A stretch of DNA of 64,000 nucleotides, from the NCBI GenBank assembly GCA_002104905.1, contig MCFE01000117.1:99750-163749 (forward strand), in the 5' to 3' direction. A program made the translations under genes and the position numbers. Below are positions 24,747 through 39,235 of this stretch, in pieces; within the stretch, counting starts at the first letter, position 1; the number at the start of each line of letters is the position of its first letter. The notes beneath the pieces are model-generated. The model was not told the DNA's origin. It ran no database searches and worked only from the letters and a program-made list of their open reading frames with translations. The DNA is from Basidiobolus meristosporus CBS 931.73. Its lineage: Eukaryota; Fungi; Basidiobolomycota.

Positions 24747-27237
24747 ATGTATCTTTACACAAGCCTTATGCGATGTATAGTCAGTATCTTGAATTTTTCG
24801 AGGTCGCCTATTTTGGGGCATAGTGGGTCAAAACCCTGGATTTTCCAGGTCCGATGCCTTGACCTTGAAAGTGGTAGTTTATACTACGTTGCTTTAGTCT
24901 AATATTGATCGACTGAAAAATGCTACAGTGCTTGCAGCTCACGATGGTGGCCTTGAATAGTCGTTCCGTTACCACGCCCAAGTTTTCATGTTGACGGCGA
25001 CATGGCGTGTCAAACATAGAAAGCAATTTCTTACCTTTACTCTTGTTGTTAGAAACACAACGGTGATTGGTGGATTGAAGTCTGACATTGTTAACAAAAG
25101 AAGCAATCTTAGAACAATCTCGATGTTGAGCGAAAAAGGACCATTCTTCACTACATCAACGTTGCTTAGCTGCTTTCCACTTTCTATCAATCAAGTCTTA
25201 CTTTCCTCAGGAAAACCTAAATCAATTCCGTGAGCCTTCCTAGGTCTATGTTTCTATAGTATATCGGCGCTCTACGTAATGTATGTAGAACCAACAATAT
25301 GGCTCAATTCGCAACAACAGTCAGCTTGAAGAGCCAGGAGTTGATTACCGATTTACGTTCAATTGTGTGGCGTTCATTTCATTGTTCAAAGGAAGTGTAA
25401 AAATAAGTTGTATAAACGACGAGTATCAAGGATCCAACTAGTAGTATCAGATTAAATGAAATCGTGATTCAGAATACGGAACACAAATTCGAAGAACTGG
25501 TTCGAAATCTGTCAAATAACGAAACTATGATATGTGATTGACGATGCGACTCCCATGCAAAACGACGCAAATTAGATGCAGCCTTAAAACTCAATCTCAT
25601 ATTTTCACGGTAGGTCAGCGGCTTTCGAGGTTAAGGGAAGCTTTATTTTATTGTTTATCAGGCTAATTTCAATCGGAGTATGTACTTCGCTAACGCCAAA
25701 TTTACTCATGCTTGATAGGCTTACAACTTTAGAAAAATGACCTTTCTACACAACTTGTTGTCAATAATCAGGAGACTGCACTTGACGTCCGTGTTGTTTT
25801 TCAATGAGTTGTTACTGTTGAATGCCATGTAGCAATACACTGATATCTCTCAATCTGTGCTGTTCTAGTTGTGTGTGTTGGCGCACTTGTTTAGCACCTG
25901 TGACATGTGATACTATGCCTACATGCGGACGCTATAGGCATACATTCGCCGCAACGCGGTCGACAACCTCTATCCCACTTTGTCCGACACCTTCATAAAG
26001 CATCGCCGTTCGAAGACTCTGCACTACATGTAGACATTCCGTAGATGTTACACCTTCATGGGACCACTGCCTTTGACATGCACCTTTATTGTACAGCGGT
26101 AGACCATAGGCCAACATGAAGTGCGCACCGACAGTGCGGTGCATAGATGCATTCAGCGTATCACAGCACCGGTTTGGTACCATTGAGCCACTACACGTCA
26201 GGATCAACACATTCACAACAGACACCATCGCTTGGCTCAGTCGCTGGTTGTCTGCCCAGATATTATGCACCTGTTTCTCACCGTCACGCATACACTTGTA
26301 GCTATAGTATAGCAAACTCAGTCACGCGCAGTTTATCTTGTGAGCAACACTGATTCCCGCATATGCTTTTGAAAGCTCCGTACCTATACGCTCTAAAGAT
26401 GCGTTGCGCCAAGTCGTTGTGCTCCACTGCTATTGCGCCAGAGTCGTCCCATAATGGATCTTGCTTGCATCCCAACAAGCCCTTGACTCCTTCTTTCCAG
26501 GACTCATTGCCATTATACATAAGCTCAAGTTGCCTACATTGATCCGCATAGTCATCAACAGCGTCATATGTTCGCGTTCAACGCTCGTACATGTCGTACA
26601 CTGTCTCGTTCTCGTCTAGCAGCCACTCGGCCATGTTACTCCGTAGCTCTCCGTTACAGGTTCACACACACACACACACACTCACTCACTAAAGTCAACA
26701 TACATATCGGCAGTAACCGGGCTATCCTTCAGCCATGGCCTGTGGAGCTCTGCATCTTGGTAGTCGTGGCTACATTTATCATAGCAGCACGTCGATCGTC
26801 AACTAGATGAAAAAATAAGGATACGCAAATCCATTGGGCAGGATCTCTTTTAAAGTGAGGAAAGCGACTTTCATCTACTAATAGTATTACACGGACATGG
26901 CCACAAGGAAGAATTCCGAACCAGAATCGGTCAGGCGAAGAACTGTGGGGAAACGGTCACGTAGACTCGGGATGAGCCTGAGATATATCCATATTTCATG
27001 GTATTGATTGACGCATATACCCACAGAATGTTGGCACGTATTTCCTACTACATATTGTTATGCAGTCTAGCAATCATGGCAGACCTTCTTACACAAAATA
27101 GTTAATTCAAGTAGCGAGTTTGTGAGCGACTGATCCATTTAAAATTCTTCGCTTTCGTCATCGGCCAAGTCAAATGAGATGGGCATTTATTTTGAATCTA
27201 ATCCATAAATATAATTACGTGCGAACAACTTCTGCAA

Positions 27238-30200
27238 ATGACTTCACTCAAAGCCAACTTGAAATTGGCCAAGGAGGCCATAACAAAAAAAGATTTTGAA
27301 AATGCTCTAGTTTATTCGGAGCGCGCGTTGGAGTGGGACCAAGAGAATTACAATGCGTAGGTATTTGCGCATACGCATGCATTGAACGTTGCGAGCTAAC
27401 TCTACTCTTTGACAATACATAGCTGGATCTTTCTTGGCCTTGCGAATCAAAATTTGGATAAACATGGCGAGAGTGAGAAGGCCTACAAAACCGCCATCGA
27501 GTTGAATCATTCACAGTTACTTGGTTGGCAGGTAAACCAGATCTATTTACAAGGCAACAACCATCTTGACTCTCGCTAAAAACGTTTACCCCATATACCA
27601 AAAGGGTCTGTCAAGCCTGTATGAGAAAATGGAGAACTGGGAGGTCTTGATTCCTGTTTTGGAAGAGACGCGGATCCTCTGCTTGGAAAGGTTTGTGCCA
27701 TTGAGCGAGCCTTCGCTTCGTATATAATCACTTAACACCTATCTCATCAACAGCAACCCTGTTAAAGCCTTGGAAATTACTCGGAAAATCATTGAATTGT
27801 GTAAAAAAACTGGCAAACCTTCTCAAGTAGGTTGCGTGGTACTATTCAGTAGGAGTTCACCTACTTATACCTTTGGTTGTATGTAGATGGCAGATACCTG
27901 GAAGTCATTTATTCCAGGAAGCCCGTACTACGAGCAATTCAAGTCTTTGGAGGACGTCCCAACGCCAAAGCAAGCTTTATTGGAAATAATCAAGATCCAG
28001 GAAGAAGATGATGCCAGCACAATCAAACGGGAAGTCGAGGTCCGTAGACGAAGATTGGGCGCTGACAGTTTGTCGGTTATTATCGAAAAAGTCCATAGCG
28101 AAGTGCTATCGAAATCTGAGGTTTGAGCTTTAGGATCAGTTGTTAGTGTGCACTCTTGCTCATCTCCGATGTGTAGCTAGCGAGTGCTTATGAGCAGCTT
28201 CTTCAACTCCTGGAAGCTGATTCTGCTGACACTGAGGAAATTCGGATCAAATACTTGAAGCATCTACACCAGAAGCTCCAATTCACGCTGGAGAATAAGA
28301 ATAGAGTAATGCCCTATTATCAATGTGAATTTGTTATATCCATTATATTTAATGAGCAATATGGTCTACAGTTGCGTGAACAACTGGTGCAGCAAGCACG
28401 TCTTTTGATTAACCAAGGAACTAACGACGAATTGCCGTACCAAATTCTGATAGAGTCATTTGACGTTGGCAGCCCTGGTAATTGTCCATTAGCCTTTTCA
28501 CTCATAGGGTTTTTACTAATATAGTTAATATTTGTATAGATGATTACGATATTAGTTTCTTGACCACTTATGTCGAGAAATTCCAGGACTCTGAGCTAGC
28601 TAACCTGGTGCAAGGTCACCTGAAATGGAAGGTTGAAGGTGATCAAAAGGAGGCCCTATATTACTACAGTGTAAGTACTATGATGACTAACAAGATGGCG
28701 AAAAGCTAACATTATGGGCTCCAATTTGCCACATTGCAATGATTAGATCGGGTTCGAAACTCAATCGTCAAGTATCTTTGGTCACCATTCTTTGAGCTGG
28801 TTCCAATATACCTCGAGAGAATTTGATTCGGCCTTAGACTATGCTGTGCAAGGCAAGCGTTTAGTACAGGACTACATGGCCAAAACCGGCGCCGTTCTAA
28901 ATAGGTATTGCCGCCATACTTTGGAAGATTTAATTTTTTGCTGACATCTATAATCTAGCGTCTTGACTTCTCTTGAGCTTTGTGAAGCTCGATGCTATCT
29001 CAACATGGGATTGAAGAACGTTCCTGCTGCCTATGGAATTTTAAGCCGTGTCCTGGAAAGCCATCCCGGAAATATTGTAGCCTTGGAAGTATGTTCACAA
29101 TCCACCTTTATCAACGCTATAGTTTTTTTTATCAATTTCACCGAAATCTAGGGAATGAGCATTGCGTTATGTATGCAGAAAAAGTACGAGAAAGCTCTTC
29201 AGCTGATGCAACAGGTCATTGAGTCGGACCCTGAAAATCATTTTGCACTTTCCGAGATTGGATGGATCTATTACAATATGAATGAATATGCGCAAGCCAT
29301 TGAGAACCTGCGTAACGCAGTTGCCCTGGCCTCGAATGTGGCTCTGTACTATTATCGTTTGGCAGTTACCTATTGGAGCATGGATGGTAATTCCTGTAAC
29401 GTTTATGTACTGCTTGGTGGTCGTTAATCTCGTTATTTGGCATTACCTAGGTGAATACCGGTCAAACAGAGAGTTTTGCTATGCAAATTTGATCCAGGCT
29501 GCGAAAATCAGCCCTGAATTTGCTCAAGTTTTTGTTTATCTCGGGCATTACTATCGCTTGGTCGAGCACGACGATCTTCGCGCAAAAAAGTGCTATCAAA
29601 AGGCATTCTCTCTCGACAGTGCTGAGGCTGAAGCTGCATTGCATCTTAGCACTTATTACATAAACAATAATGAAAAAGACAAGGCAGAAAGTGTATTCCG
29701 TGCACTTTCGGAGACTAACACCAGATGTGGTTGGGCTTGGAAGAAGCTTGGATTTGTAGAAATGGTATGCCTTTACTTCACACGCTCAGATTACCCCGAC
29801 TAATCACGAGTTTTTAAAGTCGAAAGAAAACTACATCGATGCAATTGGGTGTTTCCAAATTGCTCTACGTACTGATGTCAAAAACTATGCTTGTTGGGAA
29901 GGCTTAGCCGAGTCATATGTGTTGGAGGGTCGTTACATGGCTGCATTGAAAGCTTTCAAACGTGCCAGCGAGCTTGATCCCACCGCCACGTATCCATACC
30001 TTCAAATAGCGTTCATCAACCAGAAAATCGGGTTGTACAGCGAAGCTATTACTCAATACGAGAAAACTCTTGGTGAGATTTTACAATCCGATGACGCGTC
30101 AAACAAGAAGCACTTCGAGTTACCCTTCTTGAAAGGCTTGGCGGACTGCTATCTAGCTCAAGCCAAGGAGTACTTCCAAAACGGCCTGTATGGGCGAGTT

Positions 30201-33200
30201 GCCGAATCTTGCCAGAATGGGTTGTTGCGAGCAAAGGACGGACTCCTCATATTGCCCAACTCTGTATCACTCTGGAAAATCATTGGCGATATATGTGTAT
30301 TGCTGAAGAGTGTTCCCACATATCTTGGACTTTGTCCACCCGACAACCTCTTAGAGATCACTAGAGCTGGTCTTAGTTCACCTGATAACTCGCCCCAATT
30401 GATTCACGAAGTCCTTAAGAATATTCAACATCAATTGGATATTTACCAGGGACACCAGGAATTTACGACACAGGAGCATCTAAGAGTCCTCTTGCTCTGT
30501 GCTAGTGTTGCTTACAGAGCCACCATTATTTATCAGAACTATAGCCATGCAAGCTCATGGTATGATCTTGGCTTAGTTTATTACTTCAGCTCACAAAGTC
30601 TGCGCCAGGACAGCTTACTTACGGATGCTGATGCCTCTCTTGGAATATCTATCAATTGTTTCAAGACGTCTTTGCACATTGAGCCTTCTCATCATCAGTC
30701 ATGGAATGCTTTGGGTATCTGTACCCTGAAATTGAACCCAAAAATCAGTCAGCACTCGTTTATCAAGGCTATGGAATACGATACCAAGGTATGTTAAGTT
30801 CTACTTTTCCGGTGAGAATCATAGTTTAACTTTTAATGGCAAATTTAGAGCGCTCTCCCTTGGTCTAATCTAGGCTACTTGTATTTGCTGCAGTCCGACT
30901 TGGAGCTTGCCAACCAAGCTTTCTTGGCCGCACAGTCCCTTGATCCAGATTGGATCAATGCCTGGCTTGGGCAAGCATTCATCGCTGAAAGCAACAGCCA
31001 GGAAAGCTTTAATTTGTTCCAGCATGCTTTTGACATCAGTTTAGCTTCTGCAGTAAGTTCTTGCGGGTGATTCTATCAGCAAACAGCAATCTGACTTGTG
31101 GCAATTCCTATTACAGCCTGACGCCAACTACTGCTTTGCGGTGTCTGCTTTCAAAAAGATAGCGGATTTCGCTTCCCAACCTCAATCTGTACTAGATAAC
31201 GCAGCATTTGCGCTTCAGAAGTACACTGAGCAGTGCAATACGGATCCCTCTGCATACAATTTACTTGGACTTCTTCTAGAGCGACAGCAAAGATATGAAC
31301 AGGCGGCATTGGCATTCGATAAATCCTATCATATTTTAAAATCAATCCATGATTCGAAGACCACCTCACAGGATCTACCTACGCTGAACAACCAAATCTC
31401 CATCGCACTCACCAACAAAGCACGAGTGTTGTGCCCATTGGGATTATTCGAAGAGTCCACTTTGTGCTATCTAACTGCTCAAACTATCGATCACTCGAAC
31501 AAGAACAGAACTGTTTACAATTATATTGGCCTGGGTATTGCCTACTACTTCAATGGCCAACTCGAAGATAGTTTGAAGTCTTTTGAGGTCGCGTTAGTCG
31601 AGGCTCAAGACGATCCCGAACTGGCGCAGGATGTAACCCTGTTTTTGAGCCATGTTTTGTGGGCTCTTGGCACTGAACAGCATCAATTACTTGCTAAAGA
31701 TCTGCTCTTCAAATGGTACGTTCTATTGATACTCTTGAGAAATGTATGTATGATTGAACTTTTTCATTTGTAGTCACGAGGAGCATCCTCAGTTCATGCC
31801 AGTTTTGTATTCCTTGTGTGCCATGGGGTTGGTCCAAGGGGACGGGCAATTATCTGAAGCTGCTCTCAACGAGATGGTGAAATGTGATATCGAAACGGAT
31901 GGTACACCAAACACCGTATCGCTTTCTCTACAATCCGGCGCTAACTATGTTTCTCACATCATTTAGACAAGCAAGAAGCTTTAAGTAACATCGAATTCTT
32001 GTTTAGCAGGGCCGCTTACTTGCAGGTACCTTCTTCATTCTAGCATTCTAGATGTGATCCAGCCCCACTCATTGGTCCGTCTTTTCTCTAGGGTGATCTC
32101 ACGAAAGCACGGCAATTCTTGGCGAAGTCCATTCATCAATACCCATACCGTCCTGAGCTTTGGTCGAGACTCTCTGCGCAACTCATTTATGTTGATCCTG
32201 GGCAATCCGCCGCCGCTCAAGCCTCTGCAAATGCTGCCATCGCCGTGGAAAGCGTATATTCCAGTTTATCCACCGAAGCAATGGCATCATGCTATGATCT
32301 TTGTTCGTTATCGACCTTGGGAAGCGGCTCGGGCACCACAAAAGCGGCGTACACCGCGGCCCAAAAGGCAGTTATGTTAGCCCCATGGGTTTGGAAGAGT
32401 TGGAGCACTCTGGAGAGTTCTATGCTGGCTTCAATGATACATCGCTACGAGGAGCAATCTTGCCTGGAAATGGCCGAGTATGAATTCATCATTCTAGAAG
32501 AGATCCTTGTTTTCTTGAGGCAGACGTATAGCATCTCGTCAGCCAATTACATCCGTACTCCAACCCAGCAAATTGCACCTACTGAAGAGGTGTTCCAGAC
32601 CTGGATAGAGTTATTGCGAGCTTATCTCTATCTTTTCAGAGCCCATGTGTCCGGATCAGATAACCCAGAACTAAAGTCTCAATGCCTTGCCATTGCCTAT
32701 CAAATTCCTGAGGGAATGTTGGAGTACCTAACTGCAGATGATACAGCCACGAGTGTGTTGCAAACCTTAGTTTATCAACAGTTGGGCCGTTGCCTTCTTG
32801 AAAACGATGATTTGGCCAACGCCATCACTGCATTCAAGAATTGCCTACAGATCGATGCGAACTCGGTGGAAGCAATCAAGGTAAGCTGAGGGTCGAAGTA
32901 GCCTCCCCTTCACATGTTTTTAAACAAGCAACATTTCGTTTAGGAATTAGCGAATCTCTTTGCCAAACGGTCCTATACGGATGCGACAGAGCTCTGTTAT
33001 CGGTACATTTTGTCCCACCATTCGGAGTCGCTCACTCCCGAGCAAATAATCGGGGATTGCCTAAGACTGGGCCACTACGCCCTTGAGCATGATTTGAATC
33101 AAGTCGCATTCGAGGCGCTGAACGAAGCGAATCGCCAGGACCCCAGCCACGATTTAGTCAAACTCTTACAGGCTATAGTGTTCTGGCGGAGTGGCAATCT

Positions 33201-33384
33201 CAATCGGGCTATACGGGTCTTGTCCGGCGTGACCGAGAAGTGGTTGGCCGCGGAGATGAATGAAACCCTGAGGGAGCAGATCCCACCATATCTAAACTAT
33301 TACATGTCCCTGATGTATAAGGAGAAGGGAAATGCCGAAATGGCCGACAGATACATGGCGCTTGAAGAGGCGGTGCGTCAGTAG
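27238..33384 (+). CDS. SKI3: Ski3/TTC37 TPR subunit of the SKI complex, multi-exon
   Basis: The N-terminus MTSLKANLKLAKEAITKKDF...DQENYNA is characteristic. Other motifs are YLGHYYR...RAKKCYQKAFSLD, WEGLAESY..EGRYMAALKAF.RASELDP and SQHSFIKA. A long TPR array spans many exons. Confidence 0.9.
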
Positions 33385-33573
33385 AGCCAACGCGCCCTGA
33401 TCGATGGCCAAAGCCTCACCCATCGAAAAAAGGATCGGCTGCCTTGGTTAATTGAGATACATACATCCACACATCCACATGAAACGTGGTTTATTTATAT
33501 CCATCAGGAATAAACTCTAGAAAGATCGCTCGAGCTTTCACTATATCAGCACTGAACCCTATTCACATTCCGT

Positions 33574-36405
33574 TCATTTCGCATGGTGTAGATTCCACGA
33601 TGGGAACCACTGCCTAGCCCTTACCTGCTCCACCTGCAGCGCTTGGTGTCCATAAGTGATTGGGGCAAAATAGATGAACACGTAGAGCTGGATCAGAACG
33701 ATCGCTGCGCCCACCAGTATGCCGACCAGTCGATATTTAGTGGCATACTGATGCGCCTGGCTTGTGGGCTCTACCCCGCGAACAAAAAGAACCTGGAATA
33801 AGAGGGCGGTAATCAGGTAGGAGAATAGCAAGGCTGGCAGGTAGTGGTGCAGGTAGAGGGAGCGCCCCATCAGGAAAAACGGGGCGTAGTGGAATGCCCA
33901 ACACAGCAGTAGGAACTGTCCGACATGCACGATACGGGTACGGGCCACTAGGTTGACGAGGATTCCAGTTGAGCGAACGAAGAAATATCAGCGATTGATC
34001 TAGGGAACGCTTACCAGGAGGGAACATCTGGACGCCGCGTAGGCCTGCGTACGCTTCCACCAACAGAAGCGCGGCAACCGTCACGACCGAAGAGATGGCA
34101 ACCATCCATCCAAAGGCGTTGGGCACTAGGAAGATCTGTGACCGAATGTCTCGCTTGGACCAGAACGCAATGATCTTATGCATGAATGGCCACCATGTCG
34201 GTCCTGACATGAATGGGTGTTGCTTTGTTAGTTTGGAGTTGTGATGAATCATGGCTTTCTGCAACTCCCAGAATTTGGTGAAGAATCCTAGCTTTCTGGG
34301 GGATTGGTCCTGGAGATCCTCGCTGACTAATCCCATGGAAGAAGGTTAATAGACGAATGGTGAGAAAGCTATTCATGAGTGCATACAGTCCCGATCCACA
34401 ATGTCCCTAACGACCCACTCAGTACCAGGTCGGTCGTGCTTTCGATCCCCGTTGACCTCTTGTTGTTTCAGCGCCCAGTCAGGGAGAGTTGATTTGAAAG
34501 AATGCAACGCCACCTCGGCCTCCTTGTTCACCAGTCTGAAGTGCGTCGAGTTGGTTTTCCAGATCGAACCTTCGATATCTTTGGCGGTGAATTCAACCCG
34601 AAATATGGTCTTGGAGTGCTTTTGCGTGTCATTGATTTGGGCAGTAGTAAACTCCATATTGGTGGTGGTCAACGGTGAGGCAACATCGTGGGTCATCAAC
34701 AAGGTGTTTGTGGTTTTGTGCTCCAACTGGATTAAGTCCCCGTCTTTGACGTGTGCGATCGCGCCATCGGATTCTACCGAGGTATCGGAGTCGGCCGATC
34801 TTACTACCCACTGGGAGCCTGCGTCTTTGGCGTGCACTGCAACGACCTGTTGACCTGTGAACCCGCACACGTTAGAAATGGCTCCACGGTACCCTGCAGA
34901 TGACACTTGCCTCCACTACTGATTCGTCCATTGTCGTATTTCTTCGGATAATTGAGGGAATTTGAATGAAGGAAGCCCTTGGTGTCGACATGCGAAATGG
35001 TTATGACATCTCCATATCGGATCGCTAAAGACGAATTAGTTAACATCGATCTAGCAGAGTCGATACTGGAGAGATGGAGTACGTACGGTAACTACCAGTA
35101 AGAATATGGTTTCCTTCCAACGTCATTTGGAAGGCGGGGCTCATACTCTTGTCACCCGGGCCGGTTTTATAGAGCAAGCTGAAGTGGATATAGAAGAAAG
35201 AAAGATAGAGTATCGAAGGAACCAGAATCAGGCACAAGGCCCTGGCGACGAAGTGTTGGCCGATACGTTTCTGTGGCAACGATGGCGGTTAGATTCACTG
35301 AATTCCGTTGAATGCCCTATTCTGGTTAACTATCACCCACCATGCTGAGCCCACGTCTGATATCGGAGAGACGCCACAGGTCAGCAACAACCAAGACTCC
35401 AATAAGTCCGATGACGAACAACCCAACCATTTTGACACTGGAGACTTGATCGGTTAGTATGTTCTCGGACACAACACACACAAATGAGCCCACCTCGTAG
35501 TCAACCCGAGGAAGACGCCAGTGGAAAGCAGCCACTTCCACCACTGTCGCGAGAATGCCTCATATCTCAGGTTGTAAAATTTGATGTGTGAATATACGGC
35601 CATCAGCATGAAGAAGAGAAGAAAACTATCGAGTAGAATCAATCGCGATTGGGTGACTAGAGAATTATCTGAAGGATGGAGGAAGTCAGTCGAAACCCTT
35701 TGGATGGTGTTGCGGTCGCCTCTTTACCAAACAGTATCAGCGAAGCAGCTATAACGGCACTTATTGGTGAGAGGCCCAATTCACGTATGATCAGATAGCT
35801 GAGAGGGACCAGCATAGAGCCGAAGATTGCTGGGAATGCTCGAAGAGGAACATAGGATACGTTGTTGTCGTTGTAGTTCAGGCCGATTTTCGTGAACAAG
35901 AAGTGGCCATCATAGCCGGTGAACCAACCAGCCAGAGCAAGCAGTAACTTTCCCAGCGGTGGGTGAACGTCGAAGTAGTACTCCCCTCTAAGGTAAAAGC
36001 TGGCAAATTTACCGAAGTGAACCTCATCAAAACTTCCAAACACAACGGAGATGACTTAGTTAGCGTGTCAGCTGAAGTAGCTACTAAACCCACTCACACC
36101 ACTTCGTTCGGAGTCGCAATGACAAAGAACCGGGTCAGCATGCCGAGAACACCAAATGTGATGACGGCAAACCGGTCAAACTTTGAGAGCGCAAGTGTGG
36201 AGGATGTCTGCACAGAATGGTTATTGCGGGAGTAAGGTCCGCGGTGACGGTCGAAATGGGTTACCTTGGCCTCGTCCGGCTGGAGCTTGCTGTCGTAGAG
36301 GTCTGGGGGAGGTTTTTTCCCGGTTCGTTGTCGAAGCTGGTGTGCAGTCTCAGTTGCCATTAAGGAGTAGGTATTGTCTGCTCGAACAGGCGGATCAACT
36401 GCCAT
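33574..36405 (-). CDS. PMT4: Dolichyl-phosphate-mannose:protein O-mannosyltransferase, PMT4-like, multi-exon
   Basis: FDEVHFGKFASFYL...YFDVHPPLGKLL, ILLDSFLLFFM, MIR domains (LHSN, LMTHDVASPLT), HYAPFFLMGRSLYLHHYLPA. The subfamily call rests on the GKFAS motif. Confidence 0.88.
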
Positions 36406-37222
36406 CTTGATATAATTGGCGAAGAAAATCCACGGAGTGAATGTTGTGAATGTCGCTTAAAAGGCTAACCCCACATTGAGATCTGCTTTTATTGACTGCT
36501 CTATGTTTTGGTGTGGAATTGAAAGTGGTTATTTTTGGATCGCAAATGAGACAACCAAGTCCTATATTTGTTGATGACGATTCGGGAAATTACCCAGATG
36601 TCGGGAATTATTCATAACAAGCCAACAAAACAGTGTTGTAACAGCGATGGACGCCAGCATTGGCCAACCCAATCTCCACTCCCAGAGATGTCGTTTTGTT
36701 TGGCTCTGCTTTGAACTTACACTCCCCTCCGACGGGATGTTTAAACAATCAGTTCTCATTAGGTCGTTTTGTTAGAGGACTGCTGCTAATCATCCAGCTG
36801 GTAGCTACTAGAGGCGTACATGATCCACGGAATCCTCGGTTTCATGTGGACTTCCCTTTCTGGCTACTCCCACCATCCACGTCCCAAGTGGCCATCAGCC
36901 CAGACTAGTACGATTCGGCTACAGACGGCCCAGTGTTGTATCTACGTTGCTGATGTGGCCCGGAGTGCGCCTAATTGTGGATTGGGATATAGATTCAATT
37001 GAGGCACATGGCCGAAATAGGCGACAGGAACGAACAGTTGATGTTATGCAGATGACGTGCCCTGGCGGACAGATCAATTCGCTGGTCAGCAGATACAAAT
37101 CATGTGTTTCTAGGTGTGCGAAGGGCAGGTGCGTGAGGTAATAGTCGTATTTTAAGGCATTGGATCAATCATCTAACGTATATATAGGAAGTGCTCTCAA
37201 TTGTCCAACTAAGCATGATGGG

Positions 37223-39235
37223 TTAGAGTGACCTGGTATCCGAGCCATCCGCACCTCTGAACAAGGGTGTCGATGACGGCTCGAGAGAGAAGCTTTTTAT
37301 CGACAGATTTTCGACATCTAGGCTGCCATTGGGTCCGTTGGCCTTGAGGATGGGCGAGTTGCCTGCAGATAAACTCGTATCAGCCGGAGATCGATCACCC
37401 GACTGAGAACTGTTGAAGATGTTTGCTAGGAGGTTCTTTTTGCGTGCTTTGTCGGAGGCAGCTTCGGCTTTGTCGGCTGGGATGAGCTTTGGGCTAGAGA
37501 TCTCGGATTTCTTCTTTTTCAACTTCCCCCGCTTCAACTCGCCGCTCTTGGGGAGTGCATCGAGCTTGTCGGGCACGCACTTTCCTCTCCTGTCCCGAAG
37601 ATTCGAGAGGGAGCTGGTTCGGGGAAGATAGTGCTCTCTTTCCTTCTCTTTGTCTGGATGGATCTGGGGGACCAGCAGGTAATCCCCGCTCTTCGACGAA
37701 AGGTTGATATAATTAGATGCTGTTTCTGTCGGCTCGCTGTCGTTTGAGGATGCAACGCTCTTTGCATCATCCCGATCTTCCAACAATTCAGCAGAGAAAG
37801 TCAGGTCCTCACGAGAAGTGGAAGTGTCCTCCACACCCTGGACCGAATCGGCATCATTACCCAATGAATCCACGCTCGGCCCATGGGACTGTTGCTGGAA
37901 GGGCTCCTTTGTTTCGGTACTGTTGTCGAATATACCCCCAGTGCCGTGTGATGGGAAAAACGGGTAGTCATCCATGTTGGGCAACACTAGAGCCTCGTGT
38001 ACCATATCATGAATCCGGCGCTCTATTGCCTGAATCACCATAGCAAACTTCAATTGCTTATCAGACACTATAGGTTCGATGTTTAGCGACATCACTGGAT
38101 CTTCACAGAACCCTAGCCAAAAACGGTTAGTTGGTGGAGGTTTGATTTTCAAATGCATTCTTCCAGAGAGCTTCTTCAATGTAACCGCCAGCACCAGGTT
38201 CACCTTGAGCGGCTTCAGTCGGGCAGTCATGGAAATAGTGGCCTCTGTCTCCACTTCAACACTGAAACCTCCACTGTAGTCGATGCAGAACTCAGCAGTC
38301 ATCTCCCCGTTCGGCTGCAGATCGATCAGCTTGGGATTCGTCACAGTTGGCATACTGTTGCCGACATGAAGATCGCGCACGGTAATGTCACCCAGGAACG
38401 ACGGCTTCTTGACCTTGGAGCTTTTCAGGACTATCTTGCGTATGAAGTAGTCCTTTATGACCTGGGTTTTGTAGATGCCCAAAAACACTCTGCCAAGAAA
38501 TGCGTTTAGCCACTGAGTCTGCAGATGGTGCTCGTCTGAATGGATGGTACGAATTAGCTGGTAAATCGCGGCATGGTCGAAGTCCGTAGCGTTTCTCTCG
38601 ACCTCCACTCCACTTCGGCCTTTCTTGGTACGCGCCGCTTTGAGAAACGCCAAAAACCAATCCTCCTTCTCCACCGGAGTTTTTGCAAAGATGAAGTATT
38701 CCGATCTAGTAGGCAGCACCTCGCTTTCCTTGGTGAGGCCACGTCTTCTCGTCCGGATGGGCAGCTCCTTGTGGAATATTTCGTTGTCGGGTAAGGAGTT
38801 TGGATGGATAGAGACGTGGTACTTGGTGAAATCGATGATGCCTAGGCACCTCGATAGCTTCTCATCTGGATACACCCACATGGTCTCTCCACTTAGTATA
38901 ACGTAGTATAGATCTTTGTTAACCCCTCGTCGTCCTTCCAGCAGGCTGTTCACTCCCAGAGCTACTATGGTGGAGAAATCAATGGGAGAGTTTCTCGGTG
39001 TATGGGTGTACGAGGTGGTGATCCGTAGCCAGCCGACACGGCTGTCCTGAAGAACATCTTTATCCACCAGCAAAGGTTTTTCGGTTACTTCGAACTCGGC
39101 AGCTGCCGGGGGTTTGGGAAATTGAGGCAGGCGCTTTAGCCATAGAAAAAGGCCCAAAAGAAAGCCCAGAACCACCAAGGGGGCTAAGAAGACCCCGCCT
39201 AACAAAAATACAAGGAGATGCGATAGGAAGGCCAT
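37223..39235 (-). CDS. NVJ2: Nvj2/TEX2-like contact-site lipid transfer protein (TM + PH + SMP), single exon
   Basis: 670-aa ORF with an N-terminal TM helix, PH-like region (..EKEDWFLAF) and SMP domain (QWLNAFLGRVF...P.FLGDITVRDLHVGNSMP...PPPTNRFWLGFCEDP...LVLPNMDD). Confidence 0.88.
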   Translation of the reverse strand: MAFLSHLLVFLLGGVFLAPLVVLGFLLGLFLWLKRLPQFPKPPAAAEFEVTEKPLLVDKDVLQDSRVGWLRITTSYTHTPRNSPIDFSTIVALGVNSLLEGRRGVNKDLYYVILSGETMWVYPDEKLSRCLGIIDFTKYHVSIHPNSLPDNEIFHKELPIRTRRRGLTKESEVLPTRSEYFIFAKTPVEKEDWFLAFLKAARTKKGRSGVEVERNATDFDHAAIYQLIRTIHSDEHHLQTQWLNAFLGRVFLGIYKTQVIKDYFIRKIVLKSSKVKKPSFLGDITVRDLHVGNSMPTVTNPKLIDLQPNGEMTAEFCIDYSGGFSVEVETEATISMTARLKPLKVNLVLAVTLKKLSGRMHLKIKPPPTNRFWLGFCEDPVMSLNIEPIVSDKQLKFAMVIQAIERRIHDMVHEALVLPNMDDYPFFPSHGTGGIFDNSTETKEPFQQQSHGPSVDSLGNDADSVQGVEDTSTSREDLTFSAELLEDRDDAKSVASSNDSEPTETASNYINLSSKSGDYLLVPQIHPDKEKEREHYLPRTSSLSNLRDRRGKCVPDKLDALPKSGELKRGKLKKKKSEISSPKLIPADKAEAASDKARKKNLLANIFNSSQSGDRSPADTSLSAGNSPILKANGPNGSLDVENLSIKSFSLEPSSTPLFRGADGSDTRSL

